A DNA stretch of 63,872 nucleotides, filler included, from Gonapodya sp. JEL0774 (lineage: Eukaryota): NCBI GenBank assembly GCA_027604505.1. It is 12 parts of 12 records of this genome, joined end to end, with 100 filler letters (N's around TTAATTAATTAA, not from the genome) between each part and the next. Parts side by side here need not be neighbours in the genome. Positions count along the whole stretch, not along the records: positions 48,049 to 53,261 come from JADIIX010000760.1; positions 53,362 to 58,567 come from JADIIX010000761.1; positions 58,668 to 63,872 come from JADIIX010000762.1; 9 more parts are not named here. One strand, given 5' to 3'. The notes beneath the pieces were generated by a model. It was not told where the DNA came from. It saw only the letters and a program-made list of their open reading frames with translations, and did no database searches. Below, one piece after another: positions 51,001 to 62,684 of the stretch. Positions within the stretch are counted from its first letter, which is position 1. Every line of letters starts with the position of its first letter. The position numbers and the translations under genes are program-made.

Positions 51001-51956
51001 GGCTCACCGACCTCTAAAATCTTGCAGTGGCCTCGCCGCTCTCACCATCACGTTTGGCGGACTCGCGAGCGTGGGAATCGCCAATACGGGTGGAATCGTC
51101 AACCCCACCACTGCGGGCAATAAGCTTATGTTCCAAACGCAGGACGATGGCCCCAATATTATGCTACAAATGTTGGCTCCCGCTGGTGTTGCCTGCAATG
51201 GAAAGCAGCCGGCCGCGACATTGACCTTGTCAATGACGGGTGCTCTACTCACTGGCGGAGCTATCGTTCCTCAGATCCACCCTGTCGGTCAAGCAGCCGC
51301 ACGTAAGTTCATGGCAATGTTGCTTGGAAGAGAATGACTAACTCAAAACTGTTTATCCATTACACATGACATTTAGCGGCCGCTGGCCAAGGTGCCACTG
51401 TTCCTGTTCCAACACCTGCGCCTGTCCCTGCACCAACACCAGCTCCAGCTCCAGCCACCCCTGCGCCAGCCGCTGGGTGAGTTTTTGCGATTACTTTGAT
51501 CGTTCGCGTCCAAAGTTTTCTCACAATTCTCCTTATTTGACATTTGTGATCCTCAGAAACGGAGGTGCGGTACCCTACGCCATATCTTTGAGAACGGGCA
51601 ACTGCTGGGGAACAAACCCGGTGAACTTCATTGTCGGTACTACCATTGCCGTGAACGGCAACGACACTCCCGCAGGAGATCGGAACGGAGGGTTGGCGGC
51701 TCTGAAGCTCGTGTTCAACGACTTGAAGGATATCACCATTTCCAGCACTTGGAACTTTGGGGTACCGAAAACAACAGGCAATGCGCTGACTTTTGAGACT
51801 CTTGACGATCAACCTGGACCAGGTGGTATCTTTCAAACCAACTCGGCAACTTGCGTCAATGGAGTCATGTCGCCCCAAATCAAATCTGTAACCTTCACTG
51901 GGCAATTGGTGTCTGGTGGCGCGATCGCTCCGACAATTTCGGTGGGACAACAGTAG
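48049..51956 (+). CDS. Large modular, probably extracellular protein: repeated beta-rich modules, PAT linkers and an uncharacterised Cys-containing core (5'-truncated)
   Basis: About 13 exons join into [module, partial]-linker-core-linker-[module]-linker-[module]-linker-[divergent module]*; linkers are (PAPAT)n. Confidence 0.85.
50199..51302 (+). repeat. Tandem duplication of a ~130-aa module with its introns (further copies at 48049-48244 and, divergent, 51557-51956)
   Basis: YDFAYEFAACYPSGNGQNIFQ(V/I)NIKASVNGEQPAADANG/GLAALTITF...GVACNGKQPAAT...LTGGAIVPQIHPVGQAAA is near-identical in protein, while the introns have diverged. Confidence 0.95.
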
Positions 51957-52153
51957 CGCAAACATGCAGATGATCAGAATTGAAACATTACATTATGCTG
52001 GCCGGTCTAGCGTTTCTTTGCACTCATCATGTATTTATTTTTGGACGTATCCATATATGTTATGTCACTCCGGACTGAGAACTTCTGATTTTCACAGATG
52101 GTGTGGGAATCTCTCGGAAGCTGAAGGTCCCGCGAGAACCAAATCCAGCAACT

Positions 52154-53261
52154 ATGCAATCCACACACCTCCGTCGACTTAATGCGCTAGGCCGCATTTC
52201 TTCTTCCGTCTCGATCCGATGCTTGGCTTCTGCCGCTGTAGCGCCATCCGGTGCTCCTGCTACAGGCGTCACGACCTTCGCTCAACAATCCAAGCTCGAA
52301 AAACTCCCAATCCCACCTCTGAAGCCCACGATGGAAAAGCTGCTTCGGACATTGAAACCCCTCGCGCAATCCGAGGGGGAATGGCTGGCGGCGAACGCCG
52401 CGGTAGAAGATTTTTTGAAACCAGGAGGAGTCGGCGAACACTTGGACAAGAGACTCCGAGAGTACGGTCAGCGACAGCAGGTGCAATTATCTCGCTTACG
52501 TACTTGCAAGGCCGTTCAAATTTGACGCACGTTCTTTTGTTCCGGGGAATTCCTTCACCGCTTACATTCACCATTTTATTGAATGGTCATCATGTGTAAA
52601 CCCACTCCGCAATGAAACTAGAATAACTGGCTGGAGGAGCTATGGCTGCGAAAAGCATACTTGGACTACCGGGCGACCTCGGTCATCAATGTCAGCTATT
52701 TCGTAACCTTCATGTTCGATCCTCCGTTTTATCCAAAGGTTGGTGGCTCCAGGGCATTTTGCCGGAAAATACCACGCTTTTTATTGTATCGAATCTCCAG
52801 GAACTCCGCGAGCGGCCACCAGCTGCAGGTACCTTCACAGACTTTCAGATTCAGCGCGCCGCAAGCTGGACGTCCCTCATGTTGGATTATAAGAACTTGA
52901 TCGATACGTATGTTTCCATTCCTTCTTGATGCTACACACACACACTGATTTCGGTGAGTTTCTGGATTCGCACGATAGAGAGACCCTACCAGTCGAATAT
53001 GCCGACAAAGCCAAAACCCAACCGTTCTGTATGGATCAATACAGAAGTGAGTAAATACACAATCTTCTGATGTTATGAAACTTTGGCGATTTTCATTCCT
53101 TTCATTACCCACTCCAGAGTTCTTCGGTGCAACCAGGCAACCTTCCACACCATCGGACAAGGTCATAACCCCGCACCCAGCGATCGCAAAAAATATCATT
53201 GTCATGGTGCGCGATCAAATCTATTCGGTGGACGTTCTGGGGCCAAAGGGAGAGCGCGTTC
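52154..53261 (+). CDS. CAT2: Carnitine O-acetyltransferase, mitochondrial-type, 3'-truncated
   Basis: Arg/Ser-rich presequence; TFAQQSKLEKLPIPPLKPT, NNWLEELWLRKAYLDYR...INVSY, FQIQRAA, FCMDQYR/FFGATRQP. Confidence 0.9.
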
Positions 53262-54454
53262 NNNNNNNNNNNNNNNNNNNNNNNNNNNNNNNNNNNNNNN
53301 NNNNNTTAATTAATTAANNNNNNNNNNNNNNNNNNNNNNNNNNNNNNNNNNNNNNNNNNNNGGACCGCACTGCACCGACACCGTGTCGTATTCCCCCGTA
53401 CATGGAAACAAAAACCCCCACCAAACACAAACACAAAAACCACGAACCACGGACCACGGACCTCCCGCCGTTCCACTTCCACGTCCGGCCCAACTAGGCC
53501 CGCGACATGGTCGTCAAGGAGTTGGGAGCGGTGCTGGGGCGGTGAATGGGGTAGTGGGGGCGGCGGGTGGGGTGGTGGGACGGGAGGAAGGGAGGAACGA
53601 TGGGGTGTGACGGAGATCGGAGATTGGGATGTGTAACGAGATCGCGTAGGTGATACAACGGCCGGTGTCTGGGCCTGGAGAAGTGGGAGATCTTCGGATC
53701 GCGTCTCGGTGCGGTATATATGTCCCACCCGTGGACCCGTCGACGACTGGCGATATATGTGCAGATGTCGAATATGTGTCCCCAGGTGGTACGCGCGCCC
53801 AGTCGCCACCACGGTACGTACGGGGTTCTTTGCGACTGCGGGCGAGGTCGGACTGTGTCGTGCGTGTGACTGGAAGCGGCAGCGCGGGGAGGCGGATCAG
53901 AGTCCACGTGTTCTGATCACAATGAGGAGCAATAACATCGACACCGTGAATGTGATAAAACTGAATATCATGTATTGTTAAGATTATTGGTGCCGGATCG
54001 GGACCAGCCCATGCATCCCATGCACCATCTCTCCCACATCCACCCGGTCTTGACCCTCAAAAGAATAAAGCAAAAAAAAAAAAAAAGAAATAAGAGGGGG
54101 GGGGAAGATCTTATGTGAAGTGAAGTGATTGTTCCTTGCGTCCGCTGAATGGATGATCAGTGATTTCCTCTGCCTCCTCCATCAAGCGATCGCAGGCACA
54201 GGCGCGCCGGTGATTGCGCGACTATCAGTTTCATACACAGCTATTCCTACTGCCCCACAAATAAAGGCACTATATAGAATCTGAAGGGTGAAAGTGTCAG
54301 CATAAATGTCAGCGATCAGACGTCCGGCCCGGTACTGCAGACGAGGCAGCCAATATCTTACCTGTTCGCCAGAGATCCTGAAAGAACGATAGTGAAAAAA
54401 TTGTCACCCTTTCAAATAAATGCCAGGGAGATAAAGATCAGTCTGCTCCACTAC

Positions 54455-55033
54455 TCACGGCTTCGCAGCTGAAACTGCCAGGGCAAAGGTCGATCCCGCA
54501 GCCATCCCACATACTCCGGCCTTGAGTTTGTCCCTGACATTTCGTGGAAGGCTCGACCCTTCGATCACATTGTTGCATTTTTCTGCCGCCAATCCAACCA
54601 GGGTGATGGCACTTGTGGTGATGAAGGCGTCAGCTAGTTGGTGGTGCGTGTTCAAAGAAGTCCCCGCGTTGGGAGTGGCCGTAGGCTCCGGGGGTGATGG
54701 TGGCGGCTCTTGGCTTGAGGTTGGCTCTGAAACCGGCTCCCGCGGCGCAGTCGGATCGGGATAAGTGCCAGGCTGGTCGTCCAGTGGGACCGACGGACGC
54801 GGGCCGTCCCTTGTGGAACCCTCAACTTCCGCCGCATTTTCCCAAAGAGAGCTGTTGGACGCAGGAAGGGCACTCAGATCCAAGCTATTCTGGGGCAGGC
54901 TTTGCCCAATGTGGGCAGGTCTGGCAAGTGGCGGAGTGATGTTGCTACCAGAGGCGAACCCGTGCCCCAAGTGAGAGGCCAAGCGTGGTTCTTGACGACT
55001 AGCATGAGTGCGAAACATGTTAGTGAACATCAT
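54455..55033 (-). CDS. Hypothetical protein (Pro-rich N-terminus, hydrophobic C-terminal part; may continue after an intron)
   Basis: ~190-aa ATG frame ending at a GTGAGT donor-like site; no recognisable family. Confidence 0.4.
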   Translation of the reverse strand: MMFTNMFRTHASRQEPRLASHLGHGFASGSNITPPLARPAHIGQSLPQNSLDLSALPASNSSLWENAAEVEGSTRDGPRPSVPLDDQPGTYPDPTAPREPVSEPTSSQEPPPSPPEPTATPNAGTSLNTHHQLADAFITTSAITLVGLAAEKCNNVIEGSSLPRNVRDKLKAGVCGMAAGSTFALAVSAAKP

Positions 55034-55517
55034 TCTGTCGGTGACTGGGTTCCTGGGTTGGCTTGCGAAGGTGCGGCAGCAGAACTCTGTATACGCAATT
55101 GTCCACAGCGCCATTCCACAGCACACCTATCTCGTCTCCACCAAAAAAAGGGGGCTCAAATGATACCGAAAATGGAACTTGGCATAAAATCCAACATACC
55201 CCTCCGAGTTTTGATCACGCCATATATAATCAGAATTCGTAAATCAATCTGTATTGTCCAAGTCACTCCGCTGCCCTCACTTGTATTAGAACACTCCAGA
55301 ACACTGGGCAACATGATGAAGTCTTCAGCTTAATCTAGTCTTAGCACCGGAAGTTGGGATATAGAAACCCCTTGTTTCAGCCATAGACAACAACTTGTAA
55401 CTCTAATAGACAAATGTTTGTGTATTCCCTCCAACCCATCATTGGCTCGACCATGTACATTTGAGTTTCCCACGCAGTAACGTACCTACCCAGGACCTCC
55501 CCTCCACACATGCACAT

Positions 55518-57032
55518 TCATGCAAGTCCAGAATATCCACAGGGCGCCACCCTGCCCCCAACCACCGTCAATGTCCAGCTCCCGTTCCACCTCCGCATAG
55601 CCCTGGGCCAATGCTCCTTGGCGCATTCCCTTGCAACTTCTTCTCGACGCTTCGCCGTACTTTCCGCAAAAGCGGAAAAGTGAATGGCACACCTCGGAGG
55701 AGCTTGGTCAACGAGTGCGGTGACGAAGTGAGTGACCAGGGCATGCAGCCCAGACGCGTTGACATAGAATGGGGAGAATTTTACCGCTCGCTCCTTGGGG
55801 GCATCAAGACCCAGGTGGAATATCGTGGAATCGAACTTAACAACAAGTTGCTGCAAGGAAGGGAGGATGCCGAGCAACTTTTGCGCCAGTACCGCAAAGT
55901 CGCTGGGTTGTGGAAGATCCATTGCTGGACGGTGGCCCACGAACGCCCAACTGATTGGCAAATGAATGTGCAAAGTTCGAATCCCACCCAATGGATAGTC
56001 CTGCAACTTCGAGAGGCCAAGAACCAAGTCGAGGCGCTCTGTAACTGTTTGCAAGTTGCATAGTTCACGGAGCGGGTAGACTATACCTAGCTCCCTCAAG
56101 TTGGGAAAGACTTTCGGGGACTGGAAGAGTGCACCAGTGGCAGACATTGCAGATATGCCAGAGAGGGCTGAATTAGGATCGGTTGCGTGATGCATTTGGA
56201 CTTCGAGGACGAGAGACCCCACTCGGCTGCGTAGTGCCAAGGCAATGCTTTCTTCCAGAATGCTCGATTTTGGACCGGGCTTTGCCAGAGCTTCTAAGAT
56301 TGGGTAGACTGCATTCCCATAAAGTGCAGTGACGGAGGGGAACCTGGTAAGCACTGTTCGCAACTCGCTAGCAGCTGTTGACGTCTCAAAGGACGAGTAG
56401 TAAGGAGTTTTCACGCATGTCACTGAATCCATTGTTGTTTCAGCTGTGAGTGCATCCAGGATTTGATAATCAACGTCTCCATCCAGTTTGAACTGGGGGA
56501 TCTGCTTTTCTCGTACAAAGTCAACGAGTTTTCGAACCGACACTTTGGCTGTCTCGTCATTGTCTTTGAGTGAGATTGATGCGCACACTGGGACTGAGTT
56601 CCTCAGGCGAGTCCGTAGTCCCGAAAACTTGGCTCTTTCACTGGGCGGAGGGGGCATCATTTCCATCATAGTCTCTTCAATCAATCTCTCAAAATCTTCG
56701 CATGCCACCATAACCTCTGGCGTGATGACAATGAGTGCCGAAACCGCGGTCCAGACAGTCCCCGTCCGTCGAGTGGTTGCTTGTTTCCAACTCTCCACTG
56801 CACTGCTGAGCTCCATGATCCCTGGCATGGGCTGTCTGCTCGAAATCATAACCTCGCACGCTATTCCGACTGTGTCGCCGGGGCATCCAGGGATCGCACC
56901 CATTGCAGCGCTCTGAATGTGTCGCGAAAGTCGGGGAATGACGGAATAGAAGACTTTGGGGGGCAGGAGCCGGAATATGGAGCGGAGGACTTCCAGTGGG
57001 AGATTTTGCATGGTACGAATGTGTGGTACCAA
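55518..57032 (-). CDS. F-box protein with degenerate LRR-like region, intronless
   Basis: NLPLEVLRSIFRLLPPKVFYSVIPRLSR F-box-like start; FPSVTALY, FPNLRELG, LPSLQQLVV. Confidence 0.8.
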   Translation of the reverse strand: MVPHIRTMQNLPLEVLRSIFRLLPPKVFYSVIPRLSRHIQSAAMGAIPGCPGDTVGIACEVMISSRQPMPGIMELSSAVESWKQATTRRTGTVWTAVSALIVITPEVMVACEDFERLIEETMMEMMPPPPSERAKFSGLRTRLRNSVPVCASISLKDNDETAKVSVRKLVDFVREKQIPQFKLDGDVDYQILDALTAETTMDSVTCVKTPYYSSFETSTAASELRTVLTRFPSVTALYGNAVYPILEALAKPGPKSSILEESIALALRSRVGSLVLEVQMHHATDPNSALSGISAMSATGALFQSPKVFPNLRELGIVYPLRELCNLQTVTERLDLVLGLSKLQDYPLGGIRTLHIHLPISWAFVGHRPAMDLPQPSDFAVLAQKLLGILPSLQQLVVKFDSTIFHLGLDAPKERAVKFSPFYVNASGLHALVTHFVTALVDQAPPRCAIHFSAFAESTAKRREEVARECAKEHWPRAMRRWNGSWTLTVVGGRVAPCGYSGLA

Positions 57033-57935
57033 GGAAACGCGAATTTATTCGTTGGGTCTCGACAGAATGTGTTTGTTCAGCTGGTCAATCCATCCCACGT
57101 CCCGATCACCTCCAGAGTGCCAACCACACCAAACTTCAGACGACACAATTAAAAATGCAGTGTGATGGCGTGAGATTCACCCCACCGCCGCAACAAGAAA
57201 GCACTTGTTGCTGCGAGGTTCTTTCTCCGATCGGAACACTGTTGACTAGCTCTTGAGGCCACCCAGCGCTCGGTTGGGGCAGAGGTTGTAGCGCAGACGT
57301 ACTGTATTAAGCCAGTGATTCTGAGGATTTCGGCGCTGTGTTGAATTTAGCTGAGAACGTACTACGCGGGGTACGAAGGCGTAAAGGTGATGAATTATGG
57401 GCACATGACTGCAGCGCGAACCAGCCGTTCCGAATCCCATCACTTGCACCGAAACTGGTTGGTTTGGTGATAGCGCAGTCGCCTCGAATATACAACTGCA
57501 GCCTGAACAGCACAAGAAGATTCATGTCTTCACATAATATCCCTAGTTTGATCACCTCTCCCTCGCTGTCTGTCAATTCGCAATACTGCGTGAACTTTTT
57601 TGCTTCAATGTTTTATTAGCCGTTCACTTTTACGTTCGATGTTCGTAGATCCTGTGCTCTCCGAGGGACCAACAACTGCACAAGCGTTATTATACCGGAC
57701 CAACTATTAATCTTTGTGCGACAAGAAGTGCATCCTAAAATTATTGTCCCCGTCGTGTCTCCCTGCAGGTGCATTCCCTTTGATGATACGCCTCGCCGCG
57801 GTTGCACTAACTTCCCGGCTGGTTTCGGCACAACTGACGCCAAGAACAACTCTCAGATCGTTGACATAAATAACCGGCGTCTTACGGACTACGTTTGTAT
57901 CAATTGCAATTTGGAGTAATCGCGGTCGAGCCAAT

Positions 57936-58567
57936 ATGCCTGACGAAGAATCGCCACCTGAAGACCTCAAACACATTCACGAATCCGATGAAGATCAGAA
58001 ACCGGCAGCCTCTTGGTCACGGGAGGAGGAAGCTGCGCTCGTCCGCAAGTTGGATTGGCGCCTTATGCCGTTTGCAATGTTGATGTTCGCGGTCGCGTTT
58101 CTCGAGTAAGTTTTGACACCGGATCACGGATACCGCACAGAGTAACTCGAATTGATTTGATGTCGCTCCATCCAGTCGCGGAAACATCTCGAATGCCCGA
58201 ACGGCAAACGGGGTGTTGGCGTCAAAGAACCCGGACAGTAAGCCACCGTGTGTTCACTGTGAGATGTCTCCAGTTCATTGACACAGTTTGCTCCAGGTTT
58301 TGAAGTTTCCCTGGGCCGTTAGTGTGCCGAATCTTCTCATCCGTGTACTACGACGAACACAGCTCACGGTGAATCTCCCCTTACAGTTACTGGGGACGAC
58401 TTTCAGTTTTGCCTATCCATATTTTACGGTGAGAGATCGAATATCAGCAGGTGGATTCGCACTTCCAAAGCAAACAAGTCTACCGGTTCGAATCTGCATT
58501 CAAGTCACGTACATTCTTTTTGAGGTGAGTTTCAGTGGGAGCTGCGTCATGCATTGTTGTGGCCAGA
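57936..58567 (+). CDS. MFS transporter, allantoate permease/ACS (Dal5/Tna1-like) family, 5' part
   Basis: EEAALVRKLDWRLMP...AFLD/RGNISNARTA...FEVSLG/LTGDDFQFCLSIFY/VTYILFE across short exons. Confidence 0.85.
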
Positions 58568-58948
58568 NNNNNNNNNNNNNNNNNNNNNNNNNNNNNNNNN
58601 NNNNNNNNNNNTTAATTAATTAANNNNNNNNNNNNNNNNNNNNNNNNNNNNNNNNNNNNNNNNNNNNAATCCGTGCAAAAACTATTTATTCGTGCACATA
58701 ACTACTTATCGTGCACAATAATGTGCTGGCCGTACACGCCCTTAGTATTGCATCTGCTCTCATGCACTCTCCTCTGGATCCTCTGGAGGGTGGAACCCTG
58801 GCCGCGGATTGATACCTGGTGCTGAGCTCACGAACCTGCCGAAACTCCATGGCAAAGCGTTATCTGTCCAGGAACTAAACAAAATCGCAGTTTGGTTGGC
58901 AAAAACATCATCCGCTTGCTACCTACTCTGAAAGCGGTCACCAACCAA

Positions 58949-60915
58949 ATGCTGTGTGTCAAGGCTCACCTTTGCACTTCCTATCTTCGTATCGGTGGCA
59001 CTCGGTGAAGTGGCTCGCACTCCCGGAGAGCGACTTACACCTTTCACCACAAGGAACATCTCCGACACTCGAGCTATTGCTTCGCCTTTGGGAAGCTGAA
59101 ACCGGAGCTTCGCGAGAGCCCAACCTGCACCCCACTTGTTCCTCAACTCCAACACGTCCAGTGAGTATGCACTGACGGTTACTGCCGAAACTTTGCCGCC
59201 ACTTGTTCCCTATCCACCTTGCATTGTCTCCCCTTTTTTGGACACCAGAATTCGCCGTCAATGGACCTGGTATTCCTCTTGTGGACTTTGACGTTATTGA
59301 GTCCTATGCCGGACTGCTCCCAATATCAGAGAATGCAACGGAGGTGAGCAAGCTCTTCTTTTGACATTGGCGAGTCCTATTCCGGACAGCTCCCAATATC
59401 AGACAATGCAACGGAGTCGAGCAAGCTCTTCTGTTGGTTCATCCCGGAATCCGGGATCGAAGAGGGAGATCCTGATTTGGTTGAATGGAGGAGTGAGCTG
59501 CGTGACAATTATGAGAGAGACTGTTATCTCTGCTCATGGTTCGTATAAGCATCTTTTCTTCTTCACTCGACTCTCAACGCCCACAGTATAGCCCGGCTGC
59601 TCCTCGCTGGAAGGTTTCTTCCAAGAAACAGGACCTGTTCCCTGGCAATGCGGTACCCTCAAGCCCTATCCAAATCGTTCGAGCTGGGACATGTTGGTGC
59701 ACACAGTCTGAGTTGAGCAGCCTCTGGGGACTGAATTCTCCCAAGGAACTCTAATCGCTCAGAGGGAAGAGGACGTGGCGGCACAGTTCCTAGGATTCCG
59801 GAAGAACTTTGTCAAGATTTTCGACATGCAAGGATATAAAATCTTCGTCGCTGGAGAGTCTTACGCAGGTCTGTATTGTCCTTACATTGCGAGTGCTCTG
59901 ATCCACAGGAAAGACACAACCTACCACGACATTTCGGGGATTCTGCTTTACAATCTGGAGATTGCAGATTGGGAAATTCAGACCCTCGTGACTGCCAAAG
60001 CGTTCACGGGCTACTGTGGAGTTCTCTCCCCTTTCAATGATACGTTTCGGAAGGCAATTCGCGTCGATAAATGTGCTCACACCTCTTACGTCAACAAGTA
60101 CCTTGTTTACCCACCAGCCCGGCGGCAACCCAACACGTTACCCAGCATTGACTCTACTGCCGCAATGGAAAGCGAGTGTTGGAGCATTTACGATGAGACG
60201 CTGAAGGTAGCGGCGCTGATCAACCCATGTCTCGATCGATATGAAGTTGCGGCCGCCCCATGCCCGCTCCTGCATGATCCACTGGGGTTCCCCAGATCAT
60301 TCAACTACCTTCCAGGAGAAAGTAAAATCTATTTCGCGCGTGCCGACGTACAGGCTGCGATCCGTGCTCCCGAGATCAACGGGAAAGAATGCTCCCATGG
60401 TATTCTGATCTCGGACACTTCAGACGGGTCGATCATCAATGTCCTTCCCAACGTCATAGACAGAACCAAGAACGTCATCATTTCAAGTGGCGCCGTTGAC
60501 ACGCGAAAAATGACGAGTGATACGCTTTTGGCCATCTAAAACATCAGGTGGTGTGGAAAATTGAATTTCCAGACAAGACCCGTTGACCACCCATCTTACG
60601 TTCCGTACCATAATGAAAATCTCTTGCTGGCCACCATTTCCGTCACGAGAGTTGTCTGCACCATTCATACGAATCATACCGAGCGCGGCCTGACTTGGAA
60701 CTGCATCAGCCTTGCCAGTCATGGTCCTGCAGTACGCCCCGACAGCAGCTTACCGCAAGGTTGAGTTTTTATTGTGCAAGGTAGAAAGCCACTCCTCAAC
60801 CGAGCCCTTTACAACAGACTCGAACGTTACACAGCCTTCTAGTTGACTGGGGAAGGGGACGGCTTTGCAGGGATGGAGCAACGGTGGGGGCGGATGGGGG
60901 ATGAGGGGCGAGTGA
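58949..60915 (+). pseudogene. Serine carboxypeptidase (peptidase S10) pseudogene
   Basis: FLNSNT/KFAVNG...ESYAGLLPIS, WLNGG/PGCSSLEG, GESYAG; in-frame stops at 59709 and 60537, frameshifts including one at the catalytic His (about 60720), and an internal duplication. Confidence 0.9.
59299..59433 (+). repeat. Imperfect ~62-bp direct duplication inside the S10 pseudogene
   Basis: gagtcctat(g/t)ccggac(t/a)gctcccaatatcaga(g/c)aatgcaacggag...agcaagctcttct at 59299 and 59372. Confidence 0.9.
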
Positions 60916-61310
60916 AGCTTTCGCAGAGGTGAGTGCAGTGTTTGAGTGAAAGACTCCTCAGTGCTTCAAAGAGTCGTGGGGATGAAGGTGGTAGGTGAAG
61001 CTTTTCAGATGGGCGGAACTCGTGTTACTCGCGATGCTCGCATTTTAGTGGTTGCCTAGCACAGCTTTTGGCGAGCTGAGCAAGATAACACGGCGCGCCG
61101 CATACTACTTGAATCAAATACGTAGGACCCACCACCGATAAAACACTGTCTGCCTTCTGCCTGAGGAGGCAACCGAGAACACCACGACAATAAATATTTG
61201 CTCAATCATGCGAGAGGTTGTTTGAGTCCAGCGATGTTCGCCGCCATACAATCAAGTAACATTTGGTTATTACCTTTTACATCCATAAAAATTCGAAATA
61301 ACCCCGATTA

Positions 61311-62684
61311 CTAGCATATAGAGTCCACAAACACTGCTTCCTTCCTGCTTTCCCGACACAACTCTTTCAACGTCTGTTTGTAGACACTCATCCCATAGAG
61401 ATAGGAACTATGGATTGGGAACTTAAACACGAACCGCATTGCTGGGACCGTTTGAATTATGGAAGCCCATCCCTTTCGAAACGAGGTTGTATGAACACAC
61501 CCCATGCGAAAGTCAACACAGAGTTCTCGAAGATTGGGAAATGAGCGTGTGATGGCAGAAGAGATTCGCTTCAGAGTTATGGCCATCGTACTGGAACGGA
61601 AGTCCCAGTGGTTGTCGGAAAAGCCAACTGACAGAGACGAGATTTGGGGTAGCACCGGTCCTTCGCTCAGATGGTGCAATGTCCAAGGAAGAATGGTCAA
61701 GGTTCCCAGAGATTTGAGATTATAAAACGTACTTGGGAGGTGAAAGACGACACGTTCTGATGTTTTGTAGTGTTGTAGAGGAACTGCTGTGCTTTCAAGA
61801 ACGCTGACGATCTGGAAGCTTGTGACCCGATCCAGAAAAGTGTAGGACATGAAATCACTCAGACGCACGATCAGATTAGAGGAGGCAGCTGCCCAAAGTT
61901 CGACAGATTGGAGTTTTGGGAAAGCAACGTCAAGCTCATTCAGTACAGCTGATGAGAGATGGACCACGTCCGAACGGTCCTCGCTATCTCTCAAGGTGAC
62001 ACTCAAAACAGAGTCCATGGCTCCTATTTGCAGCGTTTTCAAAGCGCCAAAGAATTTCCACGACATATTCAGTTTAGTAGGCCGTGCAATATTTTGAATG
62101 TACTGTGCAAAGAGTCCAAACTTTTCTTGCTGTGTCCAGAGGCCAATTGTGTCCTGAATGCACTCGATCACCACCCTAATTTTTGGCTGTTGAATGTCAG
62201 TTCTCTGGGAGCGGTGCAAAGTGCAATCACGCTCGATCTCGCTGTAGATGAATTGGCCCAGCTGTGTGTCGGCGAGGTCACATTGATGTGCGGTGGTCAC
62301 GTTCTCATTGACAAGTTGGACACCTCCGTTGAAGAATTCAGTGATTTGCGTGAGATGGAAAGTCACTTCTGCCACAGCCCAGACGGAATGAGTGGGGTTG
62401 TGCGCTCTCCTCCCGACCCGTGTGAACGTGTCCTGCAACTCCACCCGTTTTTCGAGTGCGTTCTTCTTGAATGAGGTTGCCCGCTGTGACTTAAGGGTAA
62501 CAAGAATAGGCACTCGGCCTTCGGGATCCAGGATGGTTCTGGCGATGGAGCGGCAACGACGATTAATCCTTTGCACCGAGGCGTAAAATGTGCGAGGAGC
62601 GGTTGCGAGGAAGATGGCACGGAGAAGTTCGTCGGGGAGATCGTGTATTGTCGTCGTCTGGTTTTCACCATGGGATCCGAGCAT
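61311..62684 (-). CDS. F-box protein with LRR-like C-terminus, intronless
   Basis: TIHDLPDELLRAIFLATAPRTFYASVQRINRRCR; FPKLQSVEL, LPQISSLSV, FPNLRELCV. Confidence 0.8.
   Translation of the reverse strand: MLGSHGENQTTTIHDLPDELLRAIFLATAPRTFYASVQRINRRCRSIARTILDPEGRVPILVTLKSQRATSFKKNALEKRVELQDTFTRVGRRAHNPTHSVWAVAEVTFHLTQITEFFNGGVQLVNENVTTAHQCDLADTQLGQFIYSEIERDCTLHRSQRTDIQQPKIRVVIECIQDTIGLWTQQEKFGLFAQYIQNIARPTKLNMSWKFFGALKTLQIGAMDSVLSVTLRDSEDRSDVVHLSSAVLNELDVAFPKLQSVELWAAASSNLIVRLSDFMSYTFLDRVTSFQIVSVLESTAVPLQHYKTSERVVFHLPSTFYNLKSLGTLTILPWTLHHLSEGPVLPQISSLSVGFSDNHWDFRSSTMAITLKRISSAITRSFPNLRELCVDFRMGCVHTTSFRKGWASIIQTVPAMRFVFKFPIHSSYLYGMSVYKQTLKELCRESRKEAVFVDSIC

Noticed and set aside
53362..54110. 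GC-rich ORFs and A/G homopolymer runs (54072-54104) as a retroposon tail
   Set aside because: Low-complexity sequence with no recognisable protein, target-site duplication or element body
5263..58667. Regularly spaced TTAATTAATTAA motifs every ~5.3 kb
   Set aside because: Artificial six-frame-stop spacers between length-sorted contigs; not a biological repeat or array
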